DNA of 64,000 nucleotides, taken from NCBI GenBank assembly GCA_963707505.1, contig CAVPQB010000004.1, forward strand, positions 32,001 to 96,000, written 5' to 3'. The DNA comes from an uncultured Gemmatimonadales bacterium. Its GTDB lineage: Bacteria; Gemmatimonadota; Gemmatimonadetes; Gemmatimonadales; Gemmatimonadaceae. A program made the translations under genes and the position numbers. Within the stretch, counting starts at the first letter, position 1. Each line of letters opens with the position of its first letter. This document shows positions 31,251-40,411 of the stretch, one piece after another. The notes under the pieces are model-generated. The model saw nothing but the letters and a program-made list of their open reading frames with translations, ran no database searches and was not told the DNA's origin.

Positions 31251-31427
31251 TTCGGAAACGTTATGAGAGTGTAAGGAGTGAAGCATCGATCGCGCCGCAA
31301 TGAATCATGATGTATCAGAGCATGACAGCGATCAACCTCACCAACCTCACTTCATACACGCCAGGCGTCTACGGAGTGCCGCTCCAGCCGTTGTTGCTCC
31401 TGTACCCCTCGACGCACGGCATGCCGA

Positions 31428-32846
31428 TCAGTAGTGCGACCTGACGGATGCGGTGTCGTTCGGCAGCGGGCCGGAGCCCGGTGCGCGGATCGAGAACATC
31501 CCATTGGTAATGTCCATGCGCAACGTAGCATGCGCCAGTACGTCGGAACCAAGTACACCATCCAGCGCAACGAACGTCTGTCGTCGCTCCTGCACGATCG
31601 GAACGCTGCGCAGATGGAGAATGTATTCACCATCGCCCACTGTAACGTTGCGCAACACGGGGAGATCGCTGGCTTGCGTTGCGCCGAGTGCGTCGATGCG
31701 TCCCTTCGCTACTGACAGTCCGGGGTCGGGGGTTTTATCCATCCAAGCATCTGTAACTATCGTCGAGTCTGCGCCGGTATCCAGGCCGAACAACACGGGC
31801 TCTCCGTTCCGCGTGAGGAGACGTACCACTGGAAAACCAATCCAGATCAGCGAGCGTTGTTTGGGCGCGCGTGTGGCCGGACGCGCGAGCGAGATCGTAC
31901 CCGCGCCCATGTCGAGCACGACACTGAGTCTGCGTAGCACGTCAGACCCGATCACCCCGTCGAGCTTCACGGTTACGAGGTGCCCGTACGCGAGTCGCTT
32001 GGCAAGTCGCAGCGCGGAGGGATCGAGCAACGCAACTGGCAGATTCCTTACCGTGATTTTGCCGATCCGCACGACACTCGCTATCGCCGGACGGGCGTCG
32101 ATGCGGCCCTGAGCAGCCGCAATCGCAAGCGTATCCTTCGTTATCGGCACCACACCGCACTCGGCGGCAACGTCGCTCGCAAGCAGCGACATCGTGGCGC
32201 CGGTGTCGAGCCAGAAGTAGCGCTCGTGACCGTTGATGTAGACCTTGATGATCGGCGTGCCGACGCTGCTGCCGAGCACTGGCAGAACATCCGGTACCGC
32301 AGGTGCGTCGATGATGACGGGCGGTACGTCGCGCAATACACCGGCCCATGAATCAACAGCGGCGCGATCGACCACGTCGCCAACAGTGTCACCACCGGTA
32401 CGAATCTCCGGTGGCAGCGCGGCGAGCTCCTGCCACTTGCCCTGCGCGTTGAGCGAGACGGTGAGCCCGATCCGCGCGCGCCCGCGCACCAGCGGATCAG
32501 GATCGGCGAGCAGCGAATGAAACAGAACCTCGGCGCCGACCACGTTGCCGTCGACCAGTGAGCTCAGCGCGTCGGTGAAGAATCGCTCCGACATGGTGCT
32601 CGCCTGAACGCGCGCAGCGGCGACATCGAGCTCACTCACGGAGTTCCAGAACGTGGGGCCGGGCGGAATACCGTGCTGCGCCAGTCGCATCCGTCTGACG
32701 CTGATCTCAGGTCCGATGTCCGAGATCAGGTCGGACTGGCTCCTGTGCGCGCACCCGAACGACATCAAGAGGCAACCAGATAGCGCCCAACCGAAGCCGT
32801 CCAAACGCATGCGGAGATAATGCACGCGGGGACGTAACCGCGCCAT
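31428..32846 (-). CDS. Aspartyl protease with two retropepsin-like domains (start uncertain)
   Basis: FWLDTGA..DGVIGSD and FGLDTGA..DGVLGSD. Confidence 0.85.
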   Translation of the reverse strand: MARLRPRVHYLRMRLDGFGWALSGCLLMSFGCAHRSQSDLISDIGPEISVRRMRLAQHGIPPGPTFWNSVSELDVAAARVQASTMSERFFTDALSSLVDGNVVGAEVLFHSLLADPDPLVRGRARIGLTVSLNAQGKWQELAALPPEIRTGGDTVGDVVDRAAVDSWAGVLRDVPPVIIDAPAVPDVLPVLGSSVGTPIIKVYINGHERYFWLDTGATMSLLASDVAAECGVVPITKDTLAIAAAQGRIDARPAIASVVRIGKITVRNLPVALLDPSALRLAKRLAYGHLVTVKLDGVIGSDVLRRLSVVLDMGAGTISLARPATRAPKQRSLIWIGFPVVRLLTRNGEPVLFGLDTGADSTIVTDAWMDKTPDPGLSVAKGRIDALGATQASDLPVLRNVTVGDGEYILHLRSVPIVQERRQTFVALDGVLGSDVLAHATLRMDITNGMFSIRAPGSGPLPNDTASVRSHY

Positions 32847-32941
32847 TGAATTATGGTTTACAAATTGTGTACGAATCGATGGGGCGATGTGTCCTGGATT
32901 CGATCGCGCCTACAGGGGCCAGGCGCGGATATATCCGCGCC

Positions 32942-33235
32942 CTACAGCCCTAAATACGCCCTGACTCTTGGCTCGATTCTGTCGGGCGACCAGAACGGTG
33001 CCCACACCAGATTGATCTTCACATCCTCGACACCCGGCAACGTGCGCAGTTGTCGCTCGGCGTCGCCCATGATTTCGGGGCCGGAGGGGCAGCCAGGTGA
33101 GGTGAGAGTCATGTCCACCGATACCACGGCGCCGTCGACGCGGACTCCGTAGACCAGGCCGAGGTCCACGATGTTGAGCTGGAGATCCGGGTCCTTCACA
33201 CGCCGGAGTCCGAGCTTCACCTGATCCTCACTCAC
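32942..33235 (-). CDS. DUF59/SufT-like Fe-S assembly factor (GTG start assumed)
   Basis: VKDPDLQLNIVDLGLVY, MTLTSPGCP, LVWAPFWSPD. Confidence 0.88.
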   Translation of the reverse strand: MSEDQVKLGLRRVKDPDLQLNIVDLGLVYGVRVDGAVVSVDMTLTSPGCPSGPEIMGDAERQLRTLPGVEDVKINLVWAPFWSPDRIEPRVRAYLGL

Positions 33236-33299
33236 GACGCCCCGGGTCGGCTCGGACGTCGGGGCAGCGTCGGCTGCTTGTGCGGCTGGCGGCGTTGGC

Positions 33300-34778
33300 T
33301 CAGCGCTTGTGCTTTGACTTGCTGCTGCTGCTGGTGTGCTTGGATTTGGCGCTGCTTGCGTGGTTGGACTTTGCTGACTTTTTGGAGACGTGGCTTGAGG
33401 CACGCTTTGTGGTGTGCCTGGCGCTCGAGCCTCGCTCGTGTTTTGCAGCTGATCTGGTGCGGCTTCCATGTATTGAAGATAACGACTTCGCGTGGCGTGC
33501 CCGTCCACCGCGCTTCGCTCGCACACGCTCATGCCAACCGATCTCGCGGTCCGCGCGGAACGATGCTGGCATTACGAGTGCGCCAGCTCCCATGTCGGTG
33601 ACTGACAACGACGCCGCATCGCTCAGATCTGAGCGCACGTCAGCAATTACGCGCACCGGGTGTGGTGAGCGTGACGCATACACGCGATTGGTGAGCAGGA
33701 TGACGAACATGTCGCGATCCGGATCGATCCAGAGCGACGTGCCGGTGAAACCAGTATGACCGAACGAGTGTTCGGAAAGGTAGTTTCCTGATCCGAACGA
33801 GCCGGTTGGAGTGTCCCAGCCGAGCGCCCGGTGGCCCGCTGCGCGGGTGGTGAAGAGCTGGACAGTGGAATCGGCGATGATGCGGACGCCATTGTAGGTG
33901 CCGCCGTTCAGCATCATCTGGGCGAAGACGGAAAGGTCAGCAGCAGTCGAAAACAGTCCAGCGTGGCCGGCTACGCCGCCGAGCGCGTAGGCATTCTCAT
34001 CGTTGACCTCGCCGCGCTCCCTGCGGCCTCCGCCTGAGGTTCCGGTCGGTGCGATGCGCGCGTCGAGGGAGTCGGCCGGCCGGAATTCCGTCTGGTACAT
34101 GCCGAGCGGGTGGAAGACGTAATCGGCCAGGAATTCATCGAGCGGCTGTTGCGATACTGCTTCGACGACCATGCCGAGCACGTCGGCGCCGAGGTCGGAG
34201 TACTCGTAGTACTGGCCCGGGTGCGCGATGAGGGGCGTCGCCAGGACCAGCTTTCTCGCCTCGACCGGATCGTGGGTGAGCTTGAAGATCTCGCGTCCCG
34301 CGGGGAGGCCCGACCGGTGGGTTAATAATTGTCTAATTGTTACTAAATCCTTCTCGCCGCCGGTAAATTCGGGGAGGTAGCGCGAGACGGGGGCATCGAG
34401 CGAGATCCGGCCCTGGTCGAACAGAACCATTACCGCGGTGGTCGTTCCTATCACCTTGGTAAGGGAGGCCAGATCATATATGGTAGAAGTCGGGCTTACT
34501 TCTGGACTAGATTCGTCCCAGGCGAGTCGGCCGAAGCCACGCTGAAGAACGGCCTTGCCTTTTCGCCCGACAATTACAGCTGCACCGGGGTATCCACCTG
34601 CTTCGATCCCTCGTTCGACTACGCGGTCAATGGCTTCGAGCCGTTCGGCCGACATGCCGACCGAGGCTGGGGAGGCTACGGGCAGGCCAACGGCACCGGC
34701 CAGACCGGCGGCAGGCGAGATGGGAGCGACAGGGCCGGATCCTCCGGCGAGGGCAATGAGAAGAGCAGCAGCCAGCAT
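33300..34778 (-). CDS. Serine hydrolase (beta-lactamase class C/AmiE-like) with basic tail
   Basis: ASLTK, LLTHRSG, YSD, GHAGLF, GHTGFTG. Confidence 0.9.
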   Translation of the reverse strand: MLAAALLIALAGGSGPVAPISPAAGLAGAVGLPVASPASVGMSAERLEAIDRVVERGIEAGGYPGAAVIVGRKGKAVLQRGFGRLAWDESSPEVSPTSTIYDLASLTKVIGTTTAVMVLFDQGRISLDAPVSRYLPEFTGGEKDLVTIRQLLTHRSGLPAGREIFKLTHDPVEARKLVLATPLIAHPGQYYEYSDLGADVLGMVVEAVSQQPLDEFLADYVFHPLGMYQTEFRPADSLDARIAPTGTSGGGRRERGEVNDENAYALGGVAGHAGLFSTAADLSVFAQMMLNGGTYNGVRIIADSTVQLFTTRAAGHRALGWDTPTGSFGSGNYLSEHSFGHTGFTGTSLWIDPDRDMFVILLTNRVYASRSPHPVRVIADVRSDLSDAASLSVTDMGAGALVMPASFRADREIGWHERVRAKRGGRARHAKSLSSIHGSRTRSAAKHERGSSARHTTKRASSHVSKKSAKSNHASSAKSKHTSSSSKSKHKR

Positions 34779-34857
34779 CAGAAAGACCTACAGCATGAAG
34801 ACCGACGAGTGAGAACCGAACGCAGGGAAGCCCAATTTGTCATATTTGACGATTCCG

Positions 34858-34885
34858 GCAACCCTTGAGATACAACCTGAGTCAA
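34858..34885 (+). promoter_or_regulatory. Candidate ECF autoregulatory promoter
   Basis: gcaacc-N17-gtcaa just upstream of the ECF gene. Confidence 0.5.
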
Positions 34886-34902
34886 ACAAAAGCACACACT
34901 GG

Positions 34903-35487
34903 ATGACGACGCACCAGACAATCGTGCAGCGGGCGGTGGAGGGCGATGAAAGAGCCCTCCGTCAGCTCTGGATGGAGAACGCCCCGCACATAGATGCCGT
35001 GGTGCTGCGACTTTGCGGCGACCGCGATCTGGCAGCCGATGTCGCCCAGGAAGTGTGGATTCAGATTTTCCGTGCGCTTCCAAGCTATCGTGGTGATTCG
35101 CAGTTCGGAACATGGGCGCACAGAATAGCCGTAAACCGCACGCTCAACGCATTACGCAAGGTGCGGCGTATCGCAAAGGTGGAGATCGATGTCGAGGATG
35201 ATACCGCAACAGCTCCGGACAATCCGGAATCCGAAACCGAGAGGGGGATCGTGGCCGAGTCGATAGACCAGGCCGTGCGCCAGCTCTCGCCGGGCGCGAG
35301 AACGGTATTCCTTCTGCATGACGTGGAAGGGTACACGCACGAGGAGATTGCGCGCGAGTTGGGTATCACTACAGGTGGTTCGAAGTCTCAGTTGTTCAAG
35401 GCACGCGCGAAGCTACGCCGGCTACTCGCGCATTTAGCTGAAGGATTCTCCGCTGGCGTTGGTCAAGAGCATGGCACTCCCATCTAA
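34903..35487 (+). CDS. ECF sigma factor
   Basis: YRGDSQFGTWAHRI, LHDVEGYTHEEIA, SKSQLFKAR. Confidence 0.93.
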   Translation: MTTHQTIVQRAVEGDERALRQLWMENAPHIDAVVLRLCGDRDLAADVAQEVWIQIFRALPSYRGDSQFGTWAHRIAVNRTLNALRKVRRIAKVEIDVEDDTATAPDNPESETERGIVAESIDQAVRQLSPGARTVFLLHDVEGYTHEEIARELGITTGGSKSQLFKARAKLRRLLAHLAEGFSAGVGQEHGTPI

Positions 35488-36154
35488 GGAACTCTCGGAA
35501 CAGGCGCTCGACGCGCTCATCACGCGCGAGCAGACGCGCGTCGTGGCGCCGTTGACGGAATGGCGCGCTCTGTCCGTGTCCTTGCGACAGGAAGGGTTGA
35601 TCCATGACGACTCGACTGCGCGGACGTCGGCTCCGCGGGAGTACGTTGCGGAGCCGGTTGTACCAGGATCAGGCTGGTTTCGCAGCACCGCACGGTGGAC
35701 GATGCGGCTCGCCGCCAGCGCCGCGCTGGTCGGCGTCGGTGTCGTCGCGGGCCGCGGAATGACGTTCGGGCAGGATTTCATAACGCAGATGCAGCTGGCG
35801 ATATCCGACAGCACGGGAAGCCACGGCAACTCCGTCCGCGTTGGCGGCAAGGAATTCTCGTCGCTGACCGATGCTCGGAGGACGCTGCTGCGTGCCCAGA
35901 CGGATTATCAGCGCGCCGCTGCATTCCTCGCCGCGACCGATACGGGACCACGAATCACCGCCGAGCCGGATCTGTATCGCGATCGGCTCGCGGGACTGGA
36001 CGAGATGACGGCTGCATCGCTCGCCGCCATCAAGGATGCGCCGCAGGATCCGTTGCTCAACCAGTATTACCTGTCGGCGTCGGCTGCGCGCGATGCGACG
36101 CTGCAGCAACTTGGCAACGCACTGCCTGTCGGCTCAACCATGGTGAGTTTCTAA
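35471..36154 (+). CDS. Putative anti-sigma factor
   Basis: Overlaps the sigma 3' end; one TM helix; helical C-terminus APQDPLLNQYY. Confidence 0.65.
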   Translation: MALPSKELSEQALDALITREQTRVVAPLTEWRALSVSLRQEGLIHDDSTARTSAPREYVAEPVVPGSGWFRSTARWTMRLAASAALVGVGVVAGRGMTFGQDFITQMQLAISDSTGSHGNSVRVGGKEFSSLTDARRTLLRAQTDYQRAAAFLAATDTGPRITAEPDLYRDRLAGLDEMTAASLAAIKDAPQDPLLNQYYLSASAARDATLQQLGNALPVGSTMVSF

Positions 36155-36979
36155 ATGCGCCGCGCCTTTTTAGCAACTGCCGCTGTGACAGCCGTGATGA
36201 CGGTATCGACTGTCGCATCCGCGCAGAAAGCGTCGCAGAAAGCGCTGCAGAAAGCGTCGCAGAAAGCGTCGCAAAAAGCACCGGAGAAAAACGCGACACC
36301 GTCCGGCTGGGTGGGACTGTCGGTTATTCAGAAGGGCAGCGGTAACGAGGATTCCGCCGTCAAGGTTGGATACCCGGTCGTTGCGTCTGTCGACCCGGGC
36401 TCGCCGGCGCAGGCTGCTGGTCTCGTCGCCGGCGATACGATCCTCGCATACAACGACGTGGACGCGAGCTCGGACCCGATCGCAGTGCGTCCCTTTCTTG
36501 TCGCGGGCCGCGAGCTCGTGGTCAAGGTTCGGCGCAATGGAGTTCGCAGGCTCACGCTGACGGTCGCGAAGCGTTCGGCGCGCAACGCGTATCGTGAGGG
36601 CGTTACAGTCAGCACGACCAGCGGTGCGGCGCTTCCACTCATGTACGGCCTTCCGTCAGGACCGATAGCGATCGCCGCACCCGTCGCCTCCGATCGCGAG
36701 GCAGCACCGTTCGCGGGGGCGTATCTTGCCCGCCTGAACGCGGGGCTCGCCCATGCGCTCAACGTTCGCAATTCCGGCGTGCTTGTCGTCGACGTCAGCA
36801 ATGGATCGGATGCGGCGAAGGCTGGACTGCAATCTGGCGACGTGATCACGCGCGCCGATTCGATTTCGGTCGAGAGCCCGCTCGGAATAATGACTGCATT
36901 GCGTCTCGCATCCGATAGCAGCGTGACGCTCGACGTGTCCCGTCGCGGCAAGACTCAGAAGATCACGATTCGCTGGTAG
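36155..36979 (+). CDS. Secreted tandem PDZ domain protein
   Basis: VDPGSPAQAAGLVAGDTI and GSDAAKAGLQSGDVI. Confidence 0.85.
   Translation: MRRAFLATAAVTAVMTVSTVASAQKASQKALQKASQKASQKAPEKNATPSGWVGLSVIQKGSGNEDSAVKVGYPVVASVDPGSPAQAAGLVAGDTILAYNDVDASSDPIAVRPFLVAGRELVVKVRRNGVRRLTLTVAKRSARNAYREGVTVSTTSGAALPLMYGLPSGPIAIAAPVASDREAAPFAGAYLARLNAGLAHALNVRNSGVLVVDVSNGSDAAKAGLQSGDVITRADSISVESPLGIMTALRLASDSSVTLDVSRRGKTQKITIRW
36223..36282 (+). repeat. 5 x 12 bp tandem repeat (gcagaaagcgtc; QKAS)
   Basis: Read directly. Confidence 0.85.
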
Positions 36980-37002
36980 CGCCACTGGCATGGTACATAC
37001 CG

Positions 37003-37929
37003 CTACAGCTTCCGATCTTCCGGCAGTAGCGAATGATGGATTGCGATTGCCGCAACTGCACCGATTCCCGCGGCGGCTATCGCGAGCTGCGGGCCGTGAA
37101 TTATGTCGCCGGCCGCGTACACGTTTCTGACAGACGTGTGAAAGTGCATATCGGTGACGACGCGTCCGATCTCGTCGCGCTTGCACCCGAGCTGAGTGCC
37201 GAGGTCGTCAGACGGCTCCTGACCGATGGAGAAGAATATCTGATCGCAATCGAGTGACATTCCGCCGCTGAGATCTATGGCGCGCGCCTCGCCTTCGGAC
37301 GACCGCACGCGCTCGATCGGCGCTTCGATTATCGGAATGTTGAGCGCGTCGAGCTTCGTCATTATCTCCGCGCTCATGTCTGCGGGTTCACCGTTGGTGC
37401 ATATCACGATCTCGCGTGTCCATGTCGTGAGCGCGAGCGCGAGTCCGGCTGCCTTGCGTCCGCTTGCGATGACGGCTGTTTTCTTGTTCAGAGCTCCGTA
37501 ACCATCGCAATCGGGACACACGTGCGCCGTCTCCCCATAGCATCTGTCGAGTCCAGGTACGTTGGGCCACACGTCGCGCACTCCGATTGCGAGCAGAAGC
37601 CGCGCGGCGGTTAGCGTTCCGCCTGACTCGAGTGCCACGGTGAACAGGTCGTCGTCCACGCGATCGACTTGGGAGACTGTCGCGTCCAGCAGGGTCGCAC
37701 CGAAATGGCGGCACTCGTCGCGCCCGCGCCCGCGCAATTCACCCGGTGTTATTCCTTCCAGTCCGAGGTATCCATGTATGCCGCGCGTCTCCCAGTTGCG
37801 TGGGTCGCCAGCGTCGATGACGATGACGCGATGCAGGTAGCGACCGAGCCAGAGTGCGGCCGTGAGGCCAGCAGGACCGCCGCCTATTATGGCGACGTCA
37901 TACGTCTCGGAATATGTGGAGTCAGGCAT
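37003..37929 (-). CDS. Thioredoxin-reductase-like NAD(P)/FAD oxidoreductase
   Basis: IIGGGPAGL, HVCPDCDG, TSVRNVYAAGD. Confidence 0.9.
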   Translation of the reverse strand: MPDSTYSETYDVAIIGGGPAGLTAALWLGRYLHRVIVIDAGDPRNWETRGIHGYLGLEGITPGELRGRGRDECRHFGATLLDATVSQVDRVDDDLFTVALESGGTLTAARLLLAIGVRDVWPNVPGLDRCYGETAHVCPDCDGYGALNKKTAVIASGRKAAGLALALTTWTREIVICTNGEPADMSAEIMTKLDALNIPIIEAPIERVRSSEGEARAIDLSGGMSLDCDQIFFSIGQEPSDDLGTQLGCKRDEIGRVVTDMHFHTSVRNVYAAGDIIHGPQLAIAAAGIGAVAAIAIHHSLLPEDRKL

Positions 37930-38072
37930 CGATGTGATTGTCGTGAATGCGCGACCGCGTATAGGCGCAAGTCGGATGCCGGGCACCAATCAGATCCCGA
38001 TTGCGTTCATAGCGACGGACGCGGATGCATCCGCCCCGCACATTCGCACACCAATGGTGCTAGACTGTACGC

Positions 38073-39386
38073 ATGAAACGGCCGCTCATTGACCACGTAA
38101 CGACGCCGCTCGGTCGCATGATGCAGGCCGCGCCAGCAGGTGGCCTGGTGCTTCTTGCGTGCGCGGCAATCGCGCTCGTGTGGGCGAACTCCCCGTGGGC
38201 GCATGGATACCACGCGCTCTGGGAGACACAGATATCCATCGGCGTCGCCGCGACGCATGCGACCCTCACACTCCATGAAGTAGTGAACGATGGCCTCATG
38301 GCCGTCTTTTTCTTTCTCGTGGGGCTGGAGATCAAACGCGAAATTCTCGTGGGCGAGCTCGCCACGATGCGGCAGGCTGCACTTCCGGTGGCAGCGGCAC
38401 TCGGCGGCATGATCGTTCCCGCGCTGCTGTTCGTCGCGTTCAATGCATCGACGCACGCCACGCGCGGTTGGGGAATTCCGATGGCGACCGACATCGCGTT
38501 CGCACTCGGCGTGCTCGCGCTCCTGGGCGACAGGATTCCGTCCTCGCTCCGGGTGTTTCTCTCCGCGCTCGCGATCGCCGATGATCTTGGCGCGGTGCTT
38601 GTCATCGCACTGTTCTACACCGCGACGATATCGTGGGGCGCTCTTCTCGCGGCTGCTGCACTGTTGCTGCTATCGATAATCGCCAATGCAGTTGGTGTGC
38701 GCGCGACATGGGCGTACGCGTTGATCGGGCTGGCGCTCTGGGTAGCGGTACTGCTGTCGGGCGTTCACGCGACAGTAGCGGGGGTTCTGCTCGCATTCAC
38801 GATTCCGACACGCACGCGCATCGACGAGAGTGCGTTTCTCTCCGGTGCTCGCGATGCGCTCGCGGACTTCCACGATGCGCACAAGCCGGAAGCCACCGTA
38901 CTATCGAGCCGCGCGCATCAGGTTGCACTCGAACAGCTCAATACGTTGGCCGACCACGCGCAGGCGCCACTCGTGCGACTGGAACATGGATTGAGCGGAA
39001 TTGTCAATTTTGGAATCATGCCGGTATTCGCGCTCGCGAATGCAGGGGTGCCATTGAGTGGTAGTGGCCATCTCATTACGAGCCCGGTCGCACTTGGCGT
39101 GCTCGCCGGACTGTTCCTTGGCAAGCCGATCGGAATTTCGCTCGCGACCTGGATGTCGGTGCGTAGTGGGATCGCATCGATTCCGGCAGACGTGACACGT
39201 CGCATGTTGTTCGGCGTTGCACTGCTCGGCGGGATAGGCTTCACAATGTCGTTGTTCATCGCCGGACTTGCGTTCGGCGGATCGGACGAGTTGCTCACAG
39301 CGGCGAAGCTCGGGACTTTTACCGCGTCGTTGCTGGCTGGTTTTGCGGGATGGATGGTGCTACGGGCGGCGAAAGCGGCGCGTTAA
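38073..39386 (+). CDS. nhaA: Na+/H+ antiporter NhaA
   Basis: NDGLMAVFFFLVGLEIKRE, ATDIAF, IADD, GIGFTMSLFI. Confidence 0.96.
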   Translation: MKRPLIDHVTTPLGRMMQAAPAGGLVLLACAAIALVWANSPWAHGYHALWETQISIGVAATHATLTLHEVVNDGLMAVFFFLVGLEIKREILVGELATMRQAALPVAAALGGMIVPALLFVAFNASTHATRGWGIPMATDIAFALGVLALLGDRIPSSLRVFLSALAIADDLGAVLVIALFYTATISWGALLAAAALLLLSIIANAVGVRATWAYALIGLALWVAVLLSGVHATVAGVLLAFTIPTRTRIDESAFLSGARDALADFHDAHKPEATVLSSRAHQVALEQLNTLADHAQAPLVRLEHGLSGIVNFGIMPVFALANAGVPLSGSGHLITSPVALGVLAGLFLGKPIGISLATWMSVRSGIASIPADVTRRMLFGVALLGGIGFTMSLFIAGLAFGGSDELLTAAKLGTFTASLLAGFAGWMVLRAAKAAR

Positions 39387-39388
39387 CT

Positions 39389-39486
39389 CGTCATTCCCGC
39401 GAAAGCATTCAGCGATTCGTCATTCCCGCTTTCGCGGGAATGACGATCACCGGGGCAGATGGATTCCCGCTTTCGCGGGAATGACG
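39389..39486. repeat. Cluster of CGTC REPs with ATTCCC-N8-GGGAAT cores between convergent genes
   Basis: attcccgctttcgcgggaatgacga twice plus one half copy. Confidence 0.85.
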
Positions 39487-39490
39487 AATC

Positions 39491-40225
39491 CTATAGTGCC
39501 GCGATGCTCTTAGAGATGTACGCGAACATCTCGGGCGTTGGCACGTTTCCGAGCTTTTCCTGCAGTGCCGGTCCTTCGTTGTCGTACATCGTCTTCACGG
39601 CGTTCGCGATAGCTGGATCACCGCCCGTGAATTCCTCGACGAGCGCCTTCCATCGCCGTGCGAGCGCGAGCATCTCCGAGCTCGTGGGATCGGTGCCATT
39701 CTCCATCGCCGACCGCACTTTGGGAATAATCTCGTTCCAGTCGTCACGCACCGTGTGCATGCGCTCGTCGCCGACGCTGATTCTTCGCTCCTCCAGCACT
39801 TCCAGCTGCTCGGGAGTGAAATATTTCTCGACTTGCATCATTTCCTCGATTGTTTGGCAAAGCTCTTCGAGTGAGACGGGCTTCGCGGTGTCCATATGAT
39901 GGGCAAGCGCCTTCAGGCGTCTGACCAGCTGTTTCTGAATGACCATCTGCTCGTGCAGTCTGGCCAGGTGCAGGTCGATGACCTGCCGAGGAGACGCGGC
40001 AGCCCCGTCGAGCAGTCGCTTCGTCTCGTCCAGCGATATCCCCATCAGTCGCAGGGAGTGGATCTGTTGCAGCCGCTCGATGTCGGTCCGGTCATACAGC
40101 CGATGACCAGCCGCGGTCCGGAGCGATGGCCGGAGTAGTCCGATCTCGTCGTAATGGTGCAGGGCGCGAACGGACATCCCCGTGTTGCGAGCCAGCTCAC
40201 CGACCTTCCATGGCGGTTCCTTCAT
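39491..40225 (-). CDS. MerR family regulator with TipAS-like C-terminal domain
   Basis: VRALHHYDEIGLL..GHRLY; LARRWKALVEEFTGGD. Confidence 0.9.
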   Translation of the reverse strand: MKEPPWKVGELARNTGMSVRALHHYDEIGLLRPSLRTAAGHRLYDRTDIERLQQIHSLRLMGISLDETKRLLDGAAASPRQVIDLHLARLHEQMVIQKQLVRRLKALAHHMDTAKPVSLEELCQTIEEMMQVEKYFTPEQLEVLEERRISVGDERMHTVRDDWNEIIPKVRSAMENGTDPTSSEMLALARRWKALVEEFTGGDPAIANAVKTMYDNEGPALQEKLGNVPTPEMFAYISKSIAAL

Positions 40226-40272
40226 ATCCCCTTCCTCCCTGCTGTTAACGGGTCCAGTGTGGCCACGCAGCT

Positions 40273-40303
40273 AGTCTAAACCCTACCGTAACGTGAGGTG
40301 CAA
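40273..40303 (-). promoter_or_regulatory. MerR-type promoter with 19-bp spacer and dyad operator
   Basis: TTGCAC-N19-TAGACT; CCTCACGTTACGGTAGG dyad starts in the -35 and spans the spacer. Confidence 0.8.
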
Positions 40304-40411
40304 GGGTCAATTTTCCACTATATGGCCCGATCGCCCCGGACCGTGCTAGACTACAGGGACGAAGTGCCCAGGCACCCCTTCAGGCACCCCACGAACCGAG
40401 CACATCAAGGA

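Noticed and set aside
33300..34778. Antibiotic-resistance beta-lactamase
   Set aside because: Motifs (GHAGLF, GHTGFTG) fit the broad esterase/amidase subgroup; resistance cannot be inferred
39389..39486. Repeated palindromes as a mini-CRISPR
   Set aside because: Only 2.5 copies, short irregular gaps, and they match the dispersed REP family
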